64,000 nt of DNA from Oceanispirochaeta sp. (GTDB lineage Bacteria; Spirochaetota; Spirochaetia; DSM-2461), in NCBI GenBank assembly GCA_963663385.2, contig CAXXXD010000003.1, positions 224,001 through 288,000 of the forward strand, given 5' to 3'. This document shows, one piece after another, positions 9,985 through 20,871 of the stretch. Made by a program: the position numbers and the translations under genes. The notes below the pieces were generated by a model. The model did not search any database. It saw only the letters and a list, made by a program, of their open reading frames with translations, and was not told where the DNA came from. Each line of letters starts with the position of its first letter. Positions within the stretch are counted from its first letter, which is position 1.

Positions 9985-10926
9985 CTAAAAAAAGTGAAAC
10001 TCAGATGAATTGTGTCTCTCCGCTTCCATAAAATGTCCCTTTTTATTTCTGAATCTGTAAATCTCCTGGCTTTTAAAATGCCGTTTCCTTTCCAGTCTGT
10101 ATGCGGTGGGAGAGAGTCCGATATGAACCTTGAATGCTCTGCTGAGGGAAAAGACGTTTTCATATCCCACGAGTTCGGCAATTTCCGTAATGGATTTATC
10201 CGATGTGGACAAGTAGAACATGGCATCAGTCAGGCGAACTTCAATCATATACTGTCCCAGTGCAATTCCCATAACCTTCCTGAACGATTTTCGAAGGTAG
10301 CTTTCAGAATAACCGACTTCGCAGCTCAATTCCTTTATAGTTAATGATTTGTTTTTGTAAATGCGGCGGCAAAGGTCTCCGACCAGCTGGGAGCTCTTCA
10401 TTTTTTTATACAGATCATCCTCTATAATTCTCTTTTGTCCGGCCAGATTGGCCATTAACGCACCAACCTGGAAGGGGAGTTCCATTGTTCTGTTTTCCGT
10501 AAAGGCTGTATAGCAGGATTCCAGCAGTTTGATTGAACCGGAATCAAACTGACGCGCCATGTACCGGAAGGTTTCCCAGTACAGGTTATCAGTCATTTCA
10601 AATGTGATTAATGTCAGGGAGAGCCCCTTCTCCTGCTCTATAATAAAACGGTGATACTGATAGGGCAGTATCAGTATATAGCAGTGATGGTCCAGGTATA
10701 TATGTTTACTGTCCAGCTGCATCCTTATGGGAACCCCCGTATTCATAACAAGAACATTCCTGTAATGGAAATCCGTATACAGCTGAAGTTCTGTTGCCGA
10801 TACGGTGTCACGGTAAAACATCAGGATATTCCGGGGAGGGGAGAAATAGGGTTCTCCGTACCCCTGAAAATAATCTTCAGGATTTTTAAGTTCTCTGAAT
10901 TTTTCCAGCAGTTTTTCGTATGTCAT
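9985..10926 (-). CDS. AraC family transcriptional regulator
   Basis: Cupin-like N-terminus; SITEIAELVGYENVFSLSRAFK...SPTAYR. Confidence 0.9.
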   Translation of the reverse strand: MTYEKLLEKFRELKNPEDYFQGYGEPYFSPPRNILMFYRDTVSATELQLYTDFHYRNVLVMNTGVPIRMQLDSKHIYLDHHCYILILPYQYHRFIIEQEKGLSLTLITFEMTDNLYWETFRYMARQFDSGSIKLLESCYTAFTENRTMELPFQVGALMANLAGQKRIIEDDLYKKMKSSQLVGDLCRRIYKNKSLTIKELSCEVGYSESYLRKSFRKVMGIALGQYMIEVRLTDAMFYLSTSDKSITEIAELVGYENVFSLSRAFKVHIGLSPTAYRLERKRHFKSQEIYRFRNKKGHFMEAERHNSSEFHFF

Positions 10927-11041
10927 TCCTTATTTATGTCCCGGATTTGTTAAAAATACAAGTGTTTTTTGCTATTCCTTTTTCAAAAGAACAGCAAGAT
11001 AATACCTTCATAATCTATAAATAAAATAAGGATATAAAAAA

Positions 11042-12286
11042 ATGCAACCAATTACTGCAGTCATAATCGGAGCGGGTTCGCGTGGTAACGTCTATGCTTC
11101 CTATGCTGAAAAATATCCTCAGGAATTGAAAATTACAGCCCTGGCGGACAGGGATCCGCAAAGACGAAACAGTATGGCGGTAAAGCATGATATACCGGAA
11201 AACAGGTGCTTTGATTCATGGGAAAGCCTTCTGAAACAGGATAAAATGGCAGATGTAGCCTTTATCTGTACTCAGGATGCCATGCATGTGGAACCGGCTG
11301 CAGCCGCCATGAACAAAGGCTATGATCTGTTTCTGGAAAAACCGATCGCACCGGATGAAGAGGGTTGCAGAACCCTTTTCAGGGAATATCAGAAGCATGA
11401 CAGGGTTGTGGCAGTTGCCCATGTTCTCAGGTACACCCCTTTTTTTATGACATTGAAAGACTTAATCAACAAGGGTGTTCTAGGAAGAATCTGTGGTATT
11501 CAGCACAACGAAAATGTGGGACACATCCATTACTCCCACAGCTTTGTCAGGGGCAACTGGCGCCGGAGGGACGAATCCTCCCCCATGATTCTGGCCAAAA
11601 GCTGTCATGATATGGATATCCTCCTTTATCTGGCCGGATCGGACTGTCTCAAACTGTCATCCTATGGCGCCCGTAATATATTCCGCCCGGAAAACAGGCC
11701 GGAAGGTGCTCCCGACCGCTGTCTGCAGGGGTGTCCTCACCGTGTAAGCTGCCCTTATTTCGCACCCAAAATCTACCAGAGCGGATCAAAAAACTGGCCA
11801 GTTGACGTGATCACCGCGGATCTCAGTGCAGAGGGGATCAGCAAGGCTTTGAAAGAAGGGCCTTACGGACGCTGTGTCTATGCCTGTGACAACGATGTGA
11901 TAGAGCATCAGACTGTAAATCTGGAATTTGAAAACGGGATACCCGCCGTATTTACCATGAGCGCTTTTACGGGAGAAACCTGCCGTACCATTAAAATCCT
12001 GGGCGATAAAGCGGAGCTGCGGGGGCATATGGAAAAAAGGGAGATAGAGATCTTCGACTTCTCTACACGTCAGACCCGAAAAATAGAGCTGGGTGATTTT
12101 GCAGAAGGTCATGGCGGCGGTGATACGGGCATTGTCAGGGATTTTTTGATCCACTTGAATGACCGTTCGGTCGAACTTCCCAGCAGCCTGGACAAGGCAT
12201 TTCAGAGCCATATGATGGCGTTTGCTGCAGATCATTCCAGGCTGGAAGACCGGTCTGTGAGTATGAAGGATTTTAACAGGAATTGA
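11042..12286 (+). CDS. Gfo/Idh/MocA family oxidoreductase
   Basis: IIGAGSRG, EKP, LAKSCHDMD, GHGGGD. Confidence 0.92.
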   Translation: MQPITAVIIGAGSRGNVYASYAEKYPQELKITALADRDPQRRNSMAVKHDIPENRCFDSWESLLKQDKMADVAFICTQDAMHVEPAAAAMNKGYDLFLEKPIAPDEEGCRTLFREYQKHDRVVAVAHVLRYTPFFMTLKDLINKGVLGRICGIQHNENVGHIHYSHSFVRGNWRRRDESSPMILAKSCHDMDILLYLAGSDCLKLSSYGARNIFRPENRPEGAPDRCLQGCPHRVSCPYFAPKIYQSGSKNWPVDVITADLSAEGISKALKEGPYGRCVYACDNDVIEHQTVNLEFENGIPAVFTMSAFTGETCRTIKILGDKAELRGHMEKREIEIFDFSTRQTRKIELGDFAEGHGGGDTGIVRDFLIHLNDRSVELPSSLDKAFQSHMMAFAADHSRLEDRSVSMKDFNRN

Positions 12287-12321
12287 AAACTGCGGTTTTT
12301 AAAATAAAGAGGAGAACGGAT

Positions 12322-13587
12322 ATGAAAAGATTCTGTTGTGTGTTATTTATTGTGTCGGCCTGCTTTACCCTTGCGGCTAACGGGCAGGGGGAAGACGGAG
12401 GAAAGGATGTATCCCTGAATATGATGTATTGGGATAATGTGCAGAAACCGGTTATAGACAAAACTCTGGAAGAGTTTGAAGCGGCTAATCCGGGTGTAAC
12501 GGTTAATACGACCGTAGTTCCCTGGGGACAATACTGGGAGAAGCTTCAGACAACAGCTGTTGCCGGAACCGCTCCCGATGTATTCTGGATGAATGTGCCC
12601 AATTTTCCGAAATATTCATCCAATAAGCTGCTGCTTAACCTTCAGCCCTACCTGGATCAGGATGGAATCGACACTTCCGTTTATCCTCAGGCTCTTATTG
12701 AAAAATACTCATACAATGGTGATATCCAGGTTATTCCCGAGCAGTTCGACACAATCGCCCTGGCTTTCAATAAAGCTATGTTCGACCAAGCCGGAATGGC
12801 GTACCCCGATGATTCCTGGGACTGGGAAGACCTGAGAAATGCCGCTGTTCAGCTGACAAAAGAGACTCCCGACGGAAAACAGTTCGGTTTTGTTTCAACC
12901 CATGAGAGTCAGAGCGGCTATTATAACTTTATGGTCATGAACGACGGCGATATTATATCCGCTGACTGGAAAAAGTCCGGTTTTGACAGAAAAGGGAGTA
13001 TTGAAGCCATACAGTTTCTGGTGGATATGATGTATAAGGACAAGTGCGCTCCCGAAGGACAGCAGATTCTCGAACTGAATAATCCGGCAGATATGTTCAG
13101 CTCCGGAAAGGCTGCCATGATCACCATCGGTTCCTGGTATGTTCCCGTTGTCTATCAGGCTCTGGGGGACAAGGTCGATGTAGCGCCTCTGCCTATGAGT
13201 CCTTCAACAGGCGAGCGGAAAACCATTATTCACGGTCTGGGCTGGGCCGGTTACAGCAACAGCAAGGCAAAGGATACAACCTGGAAACTGCTGAAAGCAA
13301 TGACTTCGAGGGAATTCAGCGCCGATCTGGCGGAATCCGGTATTACCATTCCCAGTTATGAAGGGATGGCGGAAGACTGGGTACAGGCTATACCCTCCAT
13401 GAATCTGCAGATTTTTGTGGATGCTCAGTCCTACTCTCACCCCTATCCTGTATCCCATAAAACATCTGAATGGATGGCAGTGGAGACCAGAGAACTGAAG
13501 GACGTCTGGCTTGGATACAAATCACCGGAAGAAGCCATGATGACCATTGCCCGAGAGATGAATAAAATCCTGGAAACAGAAAAATAA
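12322..13587 (+). CDS. Sugar ABC transporter substrate-binding protein (CUT1)
   Basis: Signal peptide ending AANGQGE; AGTAPDVFW, FNKAMFD, WDWEDL motifs; start after AGAGGAG. Confidence 0.9.
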   Translation: MKRFCCVLFIVSACFTLAANGQGEDGGKDVSLNMMYWDNVQKPVIDKTLEEFEAANPGVTVNTTVVPWGQYWEKLQTTAVAGTAPDVFWMNVPNFPKYSSNKLLLNLQPYLDQDGIDTSVYPQALIEKYSYNGDIQVIPEQFDTIALAFNKAMFDQAGMAYPDDSWDWEDLRNAAVQLTKETPDGKQFGFVSTHESQSGYYNFMVMNDGDIISADWKKSGFDRKGSIEAIQFLVDMMYKDKCAPEGQQILELNNPADMFSSGKAAMITIGSWYVPVVYQALGDKVDVAPLPMSPSTGERKTIIHGLGWAGYSNSKAKDTTWKLLKAMTSREFSADLAESGITIPSYEGMAEDWVQAIPSMNLQIFVDAQSYSHPYPVSHKTSEWMAVETRELKDVWLGYKSPEEAMMTIAREMNKILETEK

Positions 13588-13657
13588 TCTAACATATTGT
13601 ATAAATACCAAGGGCCCCGCAGGGCCCTGTTTACTGCACGGGGGAGGAATGTAAATC

Positions 13658-14554
13658 ATGAATATCAAGTTTTGGCAGAAGGATTCGGTTCAGGGGTATC
13701 TGATGATTGCTCCCAACTCAATCGGTCTGATAGTTTTTTACATCTTTCCTATTCTGGTTTCCATATTCTTAGGGCTTTTTGAATGGAACGGCTTATCTTC
13801 TCCGGTCTGGACAGGTCTGGGTAACTACTCTGCCATATTCAGGGATGAATTGTTTTACCACTCCCTGAAGAATACCTTTATCTACACTGTTACGGTTGTA
13901 CCTGTTATTGTCGTTTTTACAATTCTTTTCGGTGTTCTGCTGGTCAGTGAAGAGAGTCGGAGCCGCGAATATATGCGTCTGCTATATCTGCTGCCTGTAA
14001 TGACAATGCCCGCTGCGGCGGCACTGATCTGGAAGTGGATGCTGAATCTTGAATTCGGTCTGGTGAATACAGTTATTAAAACTCTTGGCTTTCATGCGGT
14101 CCCCTGGCTGTCCAGTCCCGATTATGTCTTGATCTCCGTCATGTTTATCGGGATCTGGCTGGGTTTCGCTTTTAATCTGATTATTGTCATTTCCGGGTTG
14201 AGAGGGATTCCCGAAACCTACTATGAAGCGGCCAGGATAGACGGAGCTTCCATTTTCCGGCGCTTTTTCTCAATAACACTGCCCATGCTGACTCCGACGA
14301 TTTTCTTTGTGGTTGTAACCCAGCTGATTGCCTGTTTTCAGGTTTTTGATACAGCCTTCATTATTCTCGGCGCTTCTCCTTCGGGAGTGCTGAAAAACGC
14401 CGCCAATACACTGGTTATAAGTATCTATGAGAACGGATTCATTTTCTTTAAAATGGGATATTCCGCTGCTCAGGCATTTGTTCTTTTTCTGATTATCCTG
14501 ATTATTACGGTTATACAATTCAGAGGCCAGAAGAAATGGGTCCATTACAGTTAG
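13658..14554 (+). CDS. Sugar ABC transporter permease
   Basis: TM helices; EAA motif YEAARIDGAS. Confidence 0.93.
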   Translation: MNIKFWQKDSVQGYLMIAPNSIGLIVFYIFPILVSIFLGLFEWNGLSSPVWTGLGNYSAIFRDELFYHSLKNTFIYTVTVVPVIVVFTILFGVLLVSEESRSREYMRLLYLLPVMTMPAAAALIWKWMLNLEFGLVNTVIKTLGFHAVPWLSSPDYVLISVMFIGIWLGFAFNLIIVISGLRGIPETYYEAARIDGASIFRRFFSITLPMLTPTIFFVVVTQLIACFQVFDTAFIILGASPSGVLKNAANTLVISIYENGFIFFKMGYSAAQAFVLFLIILIITVIQFRGQKKWVHYS

Positions 14555-14566
14555 GAGTAATTCATT

Positions 14567-15388
14567 ATGAATAATACAAAGAAAAAATATATGCTCGATA
14601 CGATTATTCTGTTTTTCGGTTTGATAATGGCCATGCCCTTTATCTGGATGATTCTATCATCTTTTAAAACAGAAACGGAACTTATGCAGGTACCGCCCAG
14701 CTTTTTCCCCGAAATATTGAACTGGCAGAATTACGGGGATATTATGTATAACATCCCTTTTCTGCTGTTCTACCGGAATACAATCATCATTACCCTGATG
14801 AGAACGGCAGCACAGGTTCTGTTCTGTTCCATGGCGGCCTTCGCCTTTGCAAAAATCCCTTTCAAGGGGAAGGAGATCATCTTTCTGAGCCTTCTTTCGG
14901 TTCTTATGATACCGCCCCAGATGATCCTCGTTCCCAATTATATGATTATGAGAAATCTCGGACTGATTGATACCCTGACCGGGGTGGCTCTTCCTGGGAT
15001 GTTCAGCGCCTTCGGGATGTTTCTGCTCAGACAGTTCTATATGACCCTTCCGGATGAACTGATGGATGCAGGAAAGATTGACGGGTGTTCCTACTTTATG
15101 ATATTCAGAAAACTGCTTTTCCCCTTAACAAAGGCAGCTGTTATGGCTCTGGTTATTTTTACTGTCATGTACTCCTGGAATGATCTTCTGTGGCCTCTTA
15201 TTATCAGTTCCTCCGACGAAACCCGTGTCCTTTCCGTAGGGATTGCCCTGATGCAGGGACAGAACAGAATATTCTATAATCAGATTATGGCGGGGGCTGT
15301 TATGGCTACCCTTCCGGTACTTCTTATTTTTACGCTGTTACAGAAGTATTTTGTCGCCGGGATTGCCATGACCGGTCTGAAGGGGTAG
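14567..15388 (+). CDS. Sugar ABC transporter permease
   Basis: EAA-like DAGKIDGCS; WNDLLWP; ends GLKG. Confidence 0.93.
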   Translation: MNNTKKKYMLDTIILFFGLIMAMPFIWMILSSFKTETELMQVPPSFFPEILNWQNYGDIMYNIPFLLFYRNTIIITLMRTAAQVLFCSMAAFAFAKIPFKGKEIIFLSLLSVLMIPPQMILVPNYMIMRNLGLIDTLTGVALPGMFSAFGMFLLRQFYMTLPDELMDAGKIDGCSYFMIFRKLLFPLTKAAVMALVIFTVMYSWNDLLWPLIISSSDETRVLSVGIALMQGQNRIFYNQIMAGAVMATLPVLLIFTLLQKYFVAGIAMTGLKG

Positions 15389-15465
15389 TTCCTACTGAAA
15401 GAGGGCCGGTTTTCTAATGAGGGACATTGAAGGGAAGGATAAAAAAAATATACTATACTTTAACT

Positions 15466-16248
15466 ATGAATAAAGTCCTGTTTTTTCTATTAATTGCCCT
15501 GATATACGTTTCCTGTACCACCGGTTCCCCCCGCAACAGGGGAAGCCTCAGTGACGCCATGGATAAGTCCCGGGATGATTATGAGGATGAACGGACTGTG
15601 CCGGACGAGCAGGATGAGTGGTACTACGATGCGCCCGAAGAAGAACCGGAATATGAAGACTCTGAGGAAGGCGCTCCCGATTATTACTATTCATCCTATC
15701 CTACGGAAGCCCAGGATGTTTTTATCCTGCTGAGGGGCGGGGCTTCCCTGGTCAGCGATCCCTATTTTGATAATCCCCTGGATGGAGAAGTGCTGATCGG
15801 CAGCAGCAGCGAAGGCAACTTCGGATTTTTCCTTTTTGCCGGATTTAAAGCCCTGACAGTTCAAAAAGACGATGATATTTACGAGAGCATAGAGAATAAG
15901 CCTTTTATCCTTCATTGCGGTCTGGAAACCCGGTTCTATCCGCTGAAAGACTGGACCCTGTTTTCTCCCTATCTGACCGGGCGTGTCTCTGCATTTGTTC
16001 TGGCCTGGTCCTATAAGAACGCTTTGATCGCCGGTGATGATACCATCTACACAGACTTTCTCAGCGGATTCGGGTTCGATGCCGGTGCGGGGGTCGACCT
16101 GATTCAGACAGAACAGTTCCGGGCCGGAGTACTGCTCCTGCCTCAGGGGTTCCTGTTCGGTGTGGAAACGGCGGAAGGGTTTAATAACGATGTATTTGAT
16201 GCCTACGGAACCGTACGCTGGTCGGCAGAAGCCGGTTTCCGGATCTGA
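15466..16248 (+). CDS. Hypothetical lipoprotein with acidic linker and beta-strand C-terminus
   Basis: Lipobox YVSC; D/E/Y-rich stretch; start uncertain. Confidence 0.65.
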   Translation: MNKVLFFLLIALIYVSCTTGSPRNRGSLSDAMDKSRDDYEDERTVPDEQDEWYYDAPEEEPEYEDSEEGAPDYYYSSYPTEAQDVFILLRGGASLVSDPYFDNPLDGEVLIGSSSEGNFGFFLFAGFKALTVQKDDDIYESIENKPFILHCGLETRFYPLKDWTLFSPYLTGRVSAFVLAWSYKNALIAGDDTIYTDFLSGFGFDAGAGVDLIQTEQFRAGVLLLPQGFLFGVETAEGFNNDVFDAYGTVRWSAEAGFRI

Positions 16249-16387
16249 ATCCGAATGCTGTTCGGCGGGTTGTATTCTATCCTTTCCGTTCCCTGATTTT
16301 TATTGCAACTATGTCTCTGCGGGGGGGGAAAACCTGAAATCTCCCGAAATAATCCGAAAATGCCAAAACAGGCTCCTTTCAGTTAGT

Positions 16388-16418
16388 AATTTAACCGTAA
16401 TCTAACAATTCTTTTAAT
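16388..16418 (+). promoter_or_regulatory. Putative Pho box upstream of pstS
   Basis: TTTAAC-N5-TCTAAC-N6-TTTAAT tandem repeats; near-identical to the element before pstC. Confidence 0.7.
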
Positions 16419-16497
16419 AAATCCTGATGTTTAAACAGGATTATGAGCTCAACTTAAATAGCCTGATGTTAATGATTATTACAAGGAGTTTTAAATC

Positions 16498-17349
16498 ATG
16501 AAGAAAATTATTGCTGTACTTATGGTACTGTTTGTTGCTGCCTTCGCTTTTGCCGGAGGACAGCAGGAATCTGCTTCTCCCGCTGCAGAAGCTTCTTTTG
16601 CCGGAGATTACGCTTTCGGCGGATCAACCACTGTTGAGCCCATTGTCAGAGCGGCTGCCGAAGCTTTCCAGGAAATGTACCCCGATGTAAAGATTTCCTA
16701 CGATGCTCCCGGTTCTTCCGCCGGTGTTAAAGGCGCTCTTGCCGGAACATACTCCCTCGGAGCTGCCTCCCGTTCTCTGAAATCTTCCGAAGTGGAAGCC
16801 GGTGCTGTACCCTATGCTATCGCCAAAGACGGTGTGGCTGTTGTGGTAAACAAGAGCACTGTTCCCATGGATGATATTTCCAGAGACCAGATCATTGCCA
16901 TCTATTCCGGTGAAGTGACCAACTGGAGTGAAATCGGCGGACCCGATGCGGAAATCGTCGTATTCAACAGAGATGAAGCTTCCGGAACCAGATCCTGTTT
17001 TGCAGATGCCACTGTTAAAAAAGCTAAAAAAGATTTTACCGAAAAAGCTGCTATCGTAACCTCCAACGGAGACATGGTTGCCAAAGTCGGATCCACTCCC
17101 TATGCCATCGGTTACTGCGGATTCGGTTACATCGGAAAAGATGCCGGAACCAAGGCTACCACTGTGGACGGTGTTGTTCCCACAGCTGAGAATGTGCTTT
17201 CCGGTTCCTATCCTGTTATGAGAGACCTGATCCTGATCACCAGGGGGGAAGTCGTTGCCGGTTCTCTGGAAGAAGCTTTCATCGACTACATCCTATCTGA
17301 TGAAGGACAGGAAATTGTTGCTGAAGAGAAGTTCATTCCCATGAACTAG
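16498..17349 (+). CDS. pstS: Phosphate ABC transporter substrate-binding protein
   Basis: GSTTV, GSSAG, RDEASGTR motifs; first gene of the pst operon. Confidence 0.93.
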   Translation: MKKIIAVLMVLFVAAFAFAGGQQESASPAAEASFAGDYAFGGSTTVEPIVRAAAEAFQEMYPDVKISYDAPGSSAGVKGALAGTYSLGAASRSLKSSEVEAGAVPYAIAKDGVAVVVNKSTVPMDDISRDQIIAIYSGEVTNWSEIGGPDAEIVVFNRDEASGTRSCFADATVKKAKKDFTEKAAIVTSNGDMVAKVGSTPYAIGYCGFGYIGKDAGTKATTVDGVVPTAENVLSGSYPVMRDLILITRGEVVAGSLEEAFIDYILSDEGQEIVAEEKFIPMN

Positions 17350-17376
17350 TCCTTGCCTCCGGAGGTAAAAAAGATC

Positions 17377-17400
17377 AGGGCTGCCGAATGGCAGCCCTTT
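17377..17400 (+). terminator. Hairpin after pstS (terminator or mRNA stabiliser)
   Basis: AGGGCTGCC-GAAT-GGCAGCCCT-TT. Confidence 0.7.
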
Positions 17401-17413
17401 CTGTTGTGTTATG

Positions 17414-17444
17414 AATTTAACGGAACTCTAACATTTCTTTAACA
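17414..17444 (+). promoter_or_regulatory. Putative Pho box upstream of pstC
   Basis: TTTAAC at 17416, TCTAAC at 17427, TTTAAC at 17438: exact 11-bp period. Confidence 0.75.
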
Positions 17445-17502
17445 AAGTTACAGCTTTCTATCTTTAAATTGTGAGTAAATTAGTTTTCAGGAGATTAAAG
17501 AA

Positions 17503-18381
17503 TTGAAATCTTCCAAAAGTTTTATGGAGTCAACAGTGGAGAAAGTCCTTCTCATCAGCGCACTGCTTTCTGTTATCAGCGTTGTTTTTATCACTGTTTT
17601 TATCTTTAAGGAGGGATTGCCGCTGTTCAGAGCTGTAAACCCTCTGGAATTCCTTTTTTCCAGCAAATGGGCTCCTACGGGAGAGCCCCCTCAGTACGGT
17701 ATTCTTCCTTTTATCATGGGATCAATATGGATTACCATCGGCGCCCTGATCATTTCTGTTCCCATCGGGCTGGCCGTAGGTATTTTCATGGCCGAAATGG
17801 CCATTGGGAAAATGGCTGAAATCCTTCGTTCCGTTGTGGAACTGCTGGCCGGCATTCCTTCCGTAATCTACGGTTTGTTCGGATACATCGCAATCTCCCC
17901 TGTTGTAAGGAGACTGTTTGACAGCCCGACCGGTCTGGGGGTTTTAACGGCAAGTATCGTGCTGGCCATTATGACCCTGCCTACCATTATCAATATAACA
18001 GAGGTCTCACTGCGGGCGGTTCCCTATGAGCTGAAGGAAGCCTCTCTGGCTCTGGGAGCAACCCACTGGATGACAATTTACAGGGTGATGGTACCGGCCG
18101 CACGCTCAGGAATCCTGGCCGGTATCGTTCTTGGTATGGGGCGTGCCATCGGGGAAACAATGGCGGTCCTGATGGTTGCAGGAAATGCGGTTACCATGCC
18201 GAAAGGCCCCCTGTCTCTGGCAAGAACACTGACAATGAATATTGCAACCGATATGAAATATGCAGCGGATGACCATGCGGTCAGCCTTTTTACCACAGGT
18301 ATCGTTCTTTTTATCTTTATTCTGGGTATCAACATGCTGGTGCAGTATCTCATGAAAAAAGCTGTAAACGAAGGATCTTGA
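17503..18381 (+). CDS. pstC: Phosphate ABC transporter permease PstC
   Basis: LAGIPSVIYG, EASLALGAT, GRAIGETMAV. Confidence 0.95.
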   Translation: MKSSKSFMESTVEKVLLISALLSVISVVFITVFIFKEGLPLFRAVNPLEFLFSSKWAPTGEPPQYGILPFIMGSIWITIGALIISVPIGLAVGIFMAEMAIGKMAEILRSVVELLAGIPSVIYGLFGYIAISPVVRRLFDSPTGLGVLTASIVLAIMTLPTIINITEVSLRAVPYELKEASLALGATHWMTIYRVMVPAARSGILAGIVLGMGRAIGETMAVLMVAGNAVTMPKGPLSLARTLTMNIATDMKYAADDHAVSLFTTGIVLFIFILGINMLVQYLMKKAVNEGS

Positions 18382-18382
18382 G

Positions 18383-20047
18383 ATGACAGGAATTGAAACA
18401 TTGAAAAACAGGGGCTGTATTTCTGTAAAGACTTCTCCCCAATCGAGAAAGATTACAAGGCAGGAAACTGTTGCCAAGGCTGTCATCTGGTTTCTGGCCG
18501 GTTTAACCATTGCCATTCTGGCCTGGATTATCGGATACCTGATGATAAAAGGTCTCAGGTATAACAACGATGTTGTCTACGATGTAACCAATCAGGTGGA
18601 AAGGGAACTTTCCCTTCCGGACAGCGATGAAAGTGTTGTTTTTATCATAAACAGCAGGATCCGTTCGGAGGATATTCCTGTTGACGGTTTAAGAAAGCTC
18701 TATAATAAAGTGCGCAATGAAAACTGGGGATTCTATAACCAGCAGAATCTGAAAGTTCAGCCTTTTGCCTATGAGGGGGACGGTTCATTTTCCGATAGCA
18801 TTAAGGACTTTATTCTAACCGGAACGGATCTGGAAGACTACAGGAAGAATGTCAACAAGACCAGTTCCTGGGAAGATATGATTGCCAGGATAGGCAAGAC
18901 CCCCGGTGGACTCGGTTTCATCCCGGCCGACAGGGCGGATAACCTGCCCGGGAATGTTAAAGTGCTTGGAGTCCGGAGGATGTCTCTGGTCGTGAATCCC
19001 TCTGTTCTTGAAATACAGAACGGAAAGATGCTGCGGGAACTTGCCCAGGCTGATTCCGACAGACTTCTTGCCGGAGAGATTTCAAACTGGAAGGAAATAG
19101 GCGGTATTGATCTTCCGGTTACCCTGATTCAGTGGGATTCCGGTCAGTTGACAGGTTCCCTGAAAAAGGGGAGCGGTGCTCAAGCCGAAATCCTTACAGC
19201 CCGCAGCGAAGACGAGTTCTACAGTTTGATCAGGAACACCGAAGGGGCCGCCGCTCTAGGCAGCTATGGAAGCCTGGAAGCCGGCGCTCTTGATTATATT
19301 CCCGTGCTCCGGAATGAGAAAGGCTGGAATCTTACCTGGCACTTTATATTTGAAGCGCCTGCCCGGTCGGGGCAGTGGGGCGGTATTTCCTATATTATTA
19401 TCAATACCTTCTTTCTGATTCTTTTTACAATCCTCTTTTCCACGCCTGTGGGAATCATGGCGGCCATCTTTCTGGTGGAATATGCCAGACAGGGGCGGCT
19501 GATGCGGATCCTCCGTATGGGAACGGAAACCCTGGCAGGGATTCCTTCGATTGTATTCGGGCTTTTCGGTTTTATCTTCTTTGTTCAGATCTGCGGTTTC
19601 GGAATCGGATTTATATCCAGTACCCTTACTATAACCCTGATGGTTCTGCCCACGATTATCCGGACATCCGAAGAGGCCCTGAAATCTGTACCCCAGTCCT
19701 TCAGGGAAGGGAGCCTGGCTCTGGGCGCAACCAAACTGCAGACCATTCTCAAGGTTGTTCTCCCGGCTGCCTCCCCTGGTATCCTTACGGGAATCATCCT
19801 GGCAATAGGACGGACAGTCGGTGAAACAGCCGTTCTGATATACACCCTGGGATCAAACTATGATCTTGTAAGAGGGCCTACCTCTTCAGCCCGTGTACTG
19901 TCTCTGCATCTGTACATGCTGTTTTCCGAAGCCCTGTCCTTTGACCGGACCTTTGCCACGGGAGCGATCCTGGTCATCATCGTCCTTATTACAAACCTGT
20001 CCACCACGCGGATTATCAAGCGGGTGAATAAAAACACCGGCGCCTGA
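18383..20047 (+). CDS. pstA: Phosphate ABC transporter permease PstA with large extracytoplasmic insertion
   Basis: C-terminal [27 protein letters not shown]; about 260 soluble residues after the first TM helix. Confidence 0.92.
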   Translation: MTGIETLKNRGCISVKTSPQSRKITRQETVAKAVIWFLAGLTIAILAWIIGYLMIKGLRYNNDVVYDVTNQVERELSLPDSDESVVFIINSRIRSEDIPVDGLRKLYNKVRNENWGFYNQQNLKVQPFAYEGDGSFSDSIKDFILTGTDLEDYRKNVNKTSSWEDMIARIGKTPGGLGFIPADRADNLPGNVKVLGVRRMSLVVNPSVLEIQNGKMLRELAQADSDRLLAGEISNWKEIGGIDLPVTLIQWDSGQLTGSLKKGSGAQAEILTARSEDEFYSLIRNTEGAAALGSYGSLEAGALDYIPVLRNEKGWNLTWHFIFEAPARSGQWGGISYIIINTFFLILFTILFSTPVGIMAAIFLVEYARQGRLMRILRMGTETLAGIPSIVFGLFGFIFFVQICGFGIGFISSTLTITLMVLPTIIRTSEEALKSVPQSFREGSLALGATKLQTILKVVLPAASPGILTGIILAIGRTVGETAVLIYTLGSNYDLVRGPTSSARVLSLHLYMLFSEALSFDRTFATGAILVIIVLITNLSTTRIIKRVNKNTGA

Positions 20048-20066
20048 GCCAAGGAGTTTAAGAAAA

Positions 20067-20822
20067 ATGGAAACAAATAAAATTACAGTCAATAACCTGA
20101 ACCTGTTTTATGGGGATTTTCAGGCGCTTCATGACATAAATATTGAAATAAAAGAGAAGGAAGTTACAGCCCTGATCGGGCCCTCGGGATGCGGAAAATC
20201 CACCTTTATCCGGACCCTGAACAGAATGAATGATCTGATTGATATCGTGCAAATTGACGGAGATATCCATTACGATGCGCGGAATATCTACAATGAGTGG
20301 GATCTGATTGAGCTGCGGAAAAAAGTGGGGATGGTATTTCAGAAACCGAACCCCTTTCCCATGTCAATCTTTGACAATATCGCCTACGGACCCCGGACTC
20401 ACGGGATTAAAAGCCGTCAGAAGCTGAATGACATTGTAGAAAAGAGCCTGTATCAGGCATCTCTTCTGGATGAGGTGAAAGACAGGCTTCACAAGCCTGC
20501 TCCGGGGCTTTCCGGAGGTCAGCAGCAGAGACTCTGCATTGCCCGGGTTCTGGCCGTAGAGCCCGATGTGGTACTGATGGATGAACCTACTTCCGCCCTG
20601 GATCCCATTTCGACTTCCAGAATAGAAGATTTGATTGATGAACTGAAAAAAAATTATACTATTGTTATTGTTACCCATAATATGCAGCAGGCCGGTCGTA
20701 TTTCAGATAAAACAGCATTTTTCCTCCATGGAAAGATTGAGGAGTTCGGTGCGACAGATCAGATCTTTTTCAATCCGGCCAGCAGCAAGACCGAAGCCTA
20801 TATTTCCGGAAAATTCGGTTGA
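20067..20822 (+). CDS. pstB: Phosphate ABC transporter ATP-binding protein
   Basis: [39 protein letters not shown]. Confidence 0.97.
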   Translation: METNKITVNNLNLFYGDFQALHDINIEIKEKEVTALIGPSGCGKSTFIRTLNRMNDLIDIVQIDGDIHYDARNIYNEWDLIELRKKVGMVFQKPNPFPMSIFDNIAYGPRTHGIKSRQKLNDIVEKSLYQASLLDEVKDRLHKPAPGLSGGQQQRLCIARVLAVEPDVVLMDEPTSALDPISTSRIEDLIDELKKNYTIVIVTHNMQQAGRISDKTAFFLHGKIEEFGATDQIFFNPASSKTEAYISGKFG

Positions 20823-20871
20823 GCCGGAAAATAAAATGAAATCTATCCGATAAGAACTGAAGGAGAAAATA

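Noticed and set aside
12322..15388. Sugar ABC transporter without an ATPase gene
   Set aside because: Common for CUT1 systems that share an MsmX/MalK-type ATPase
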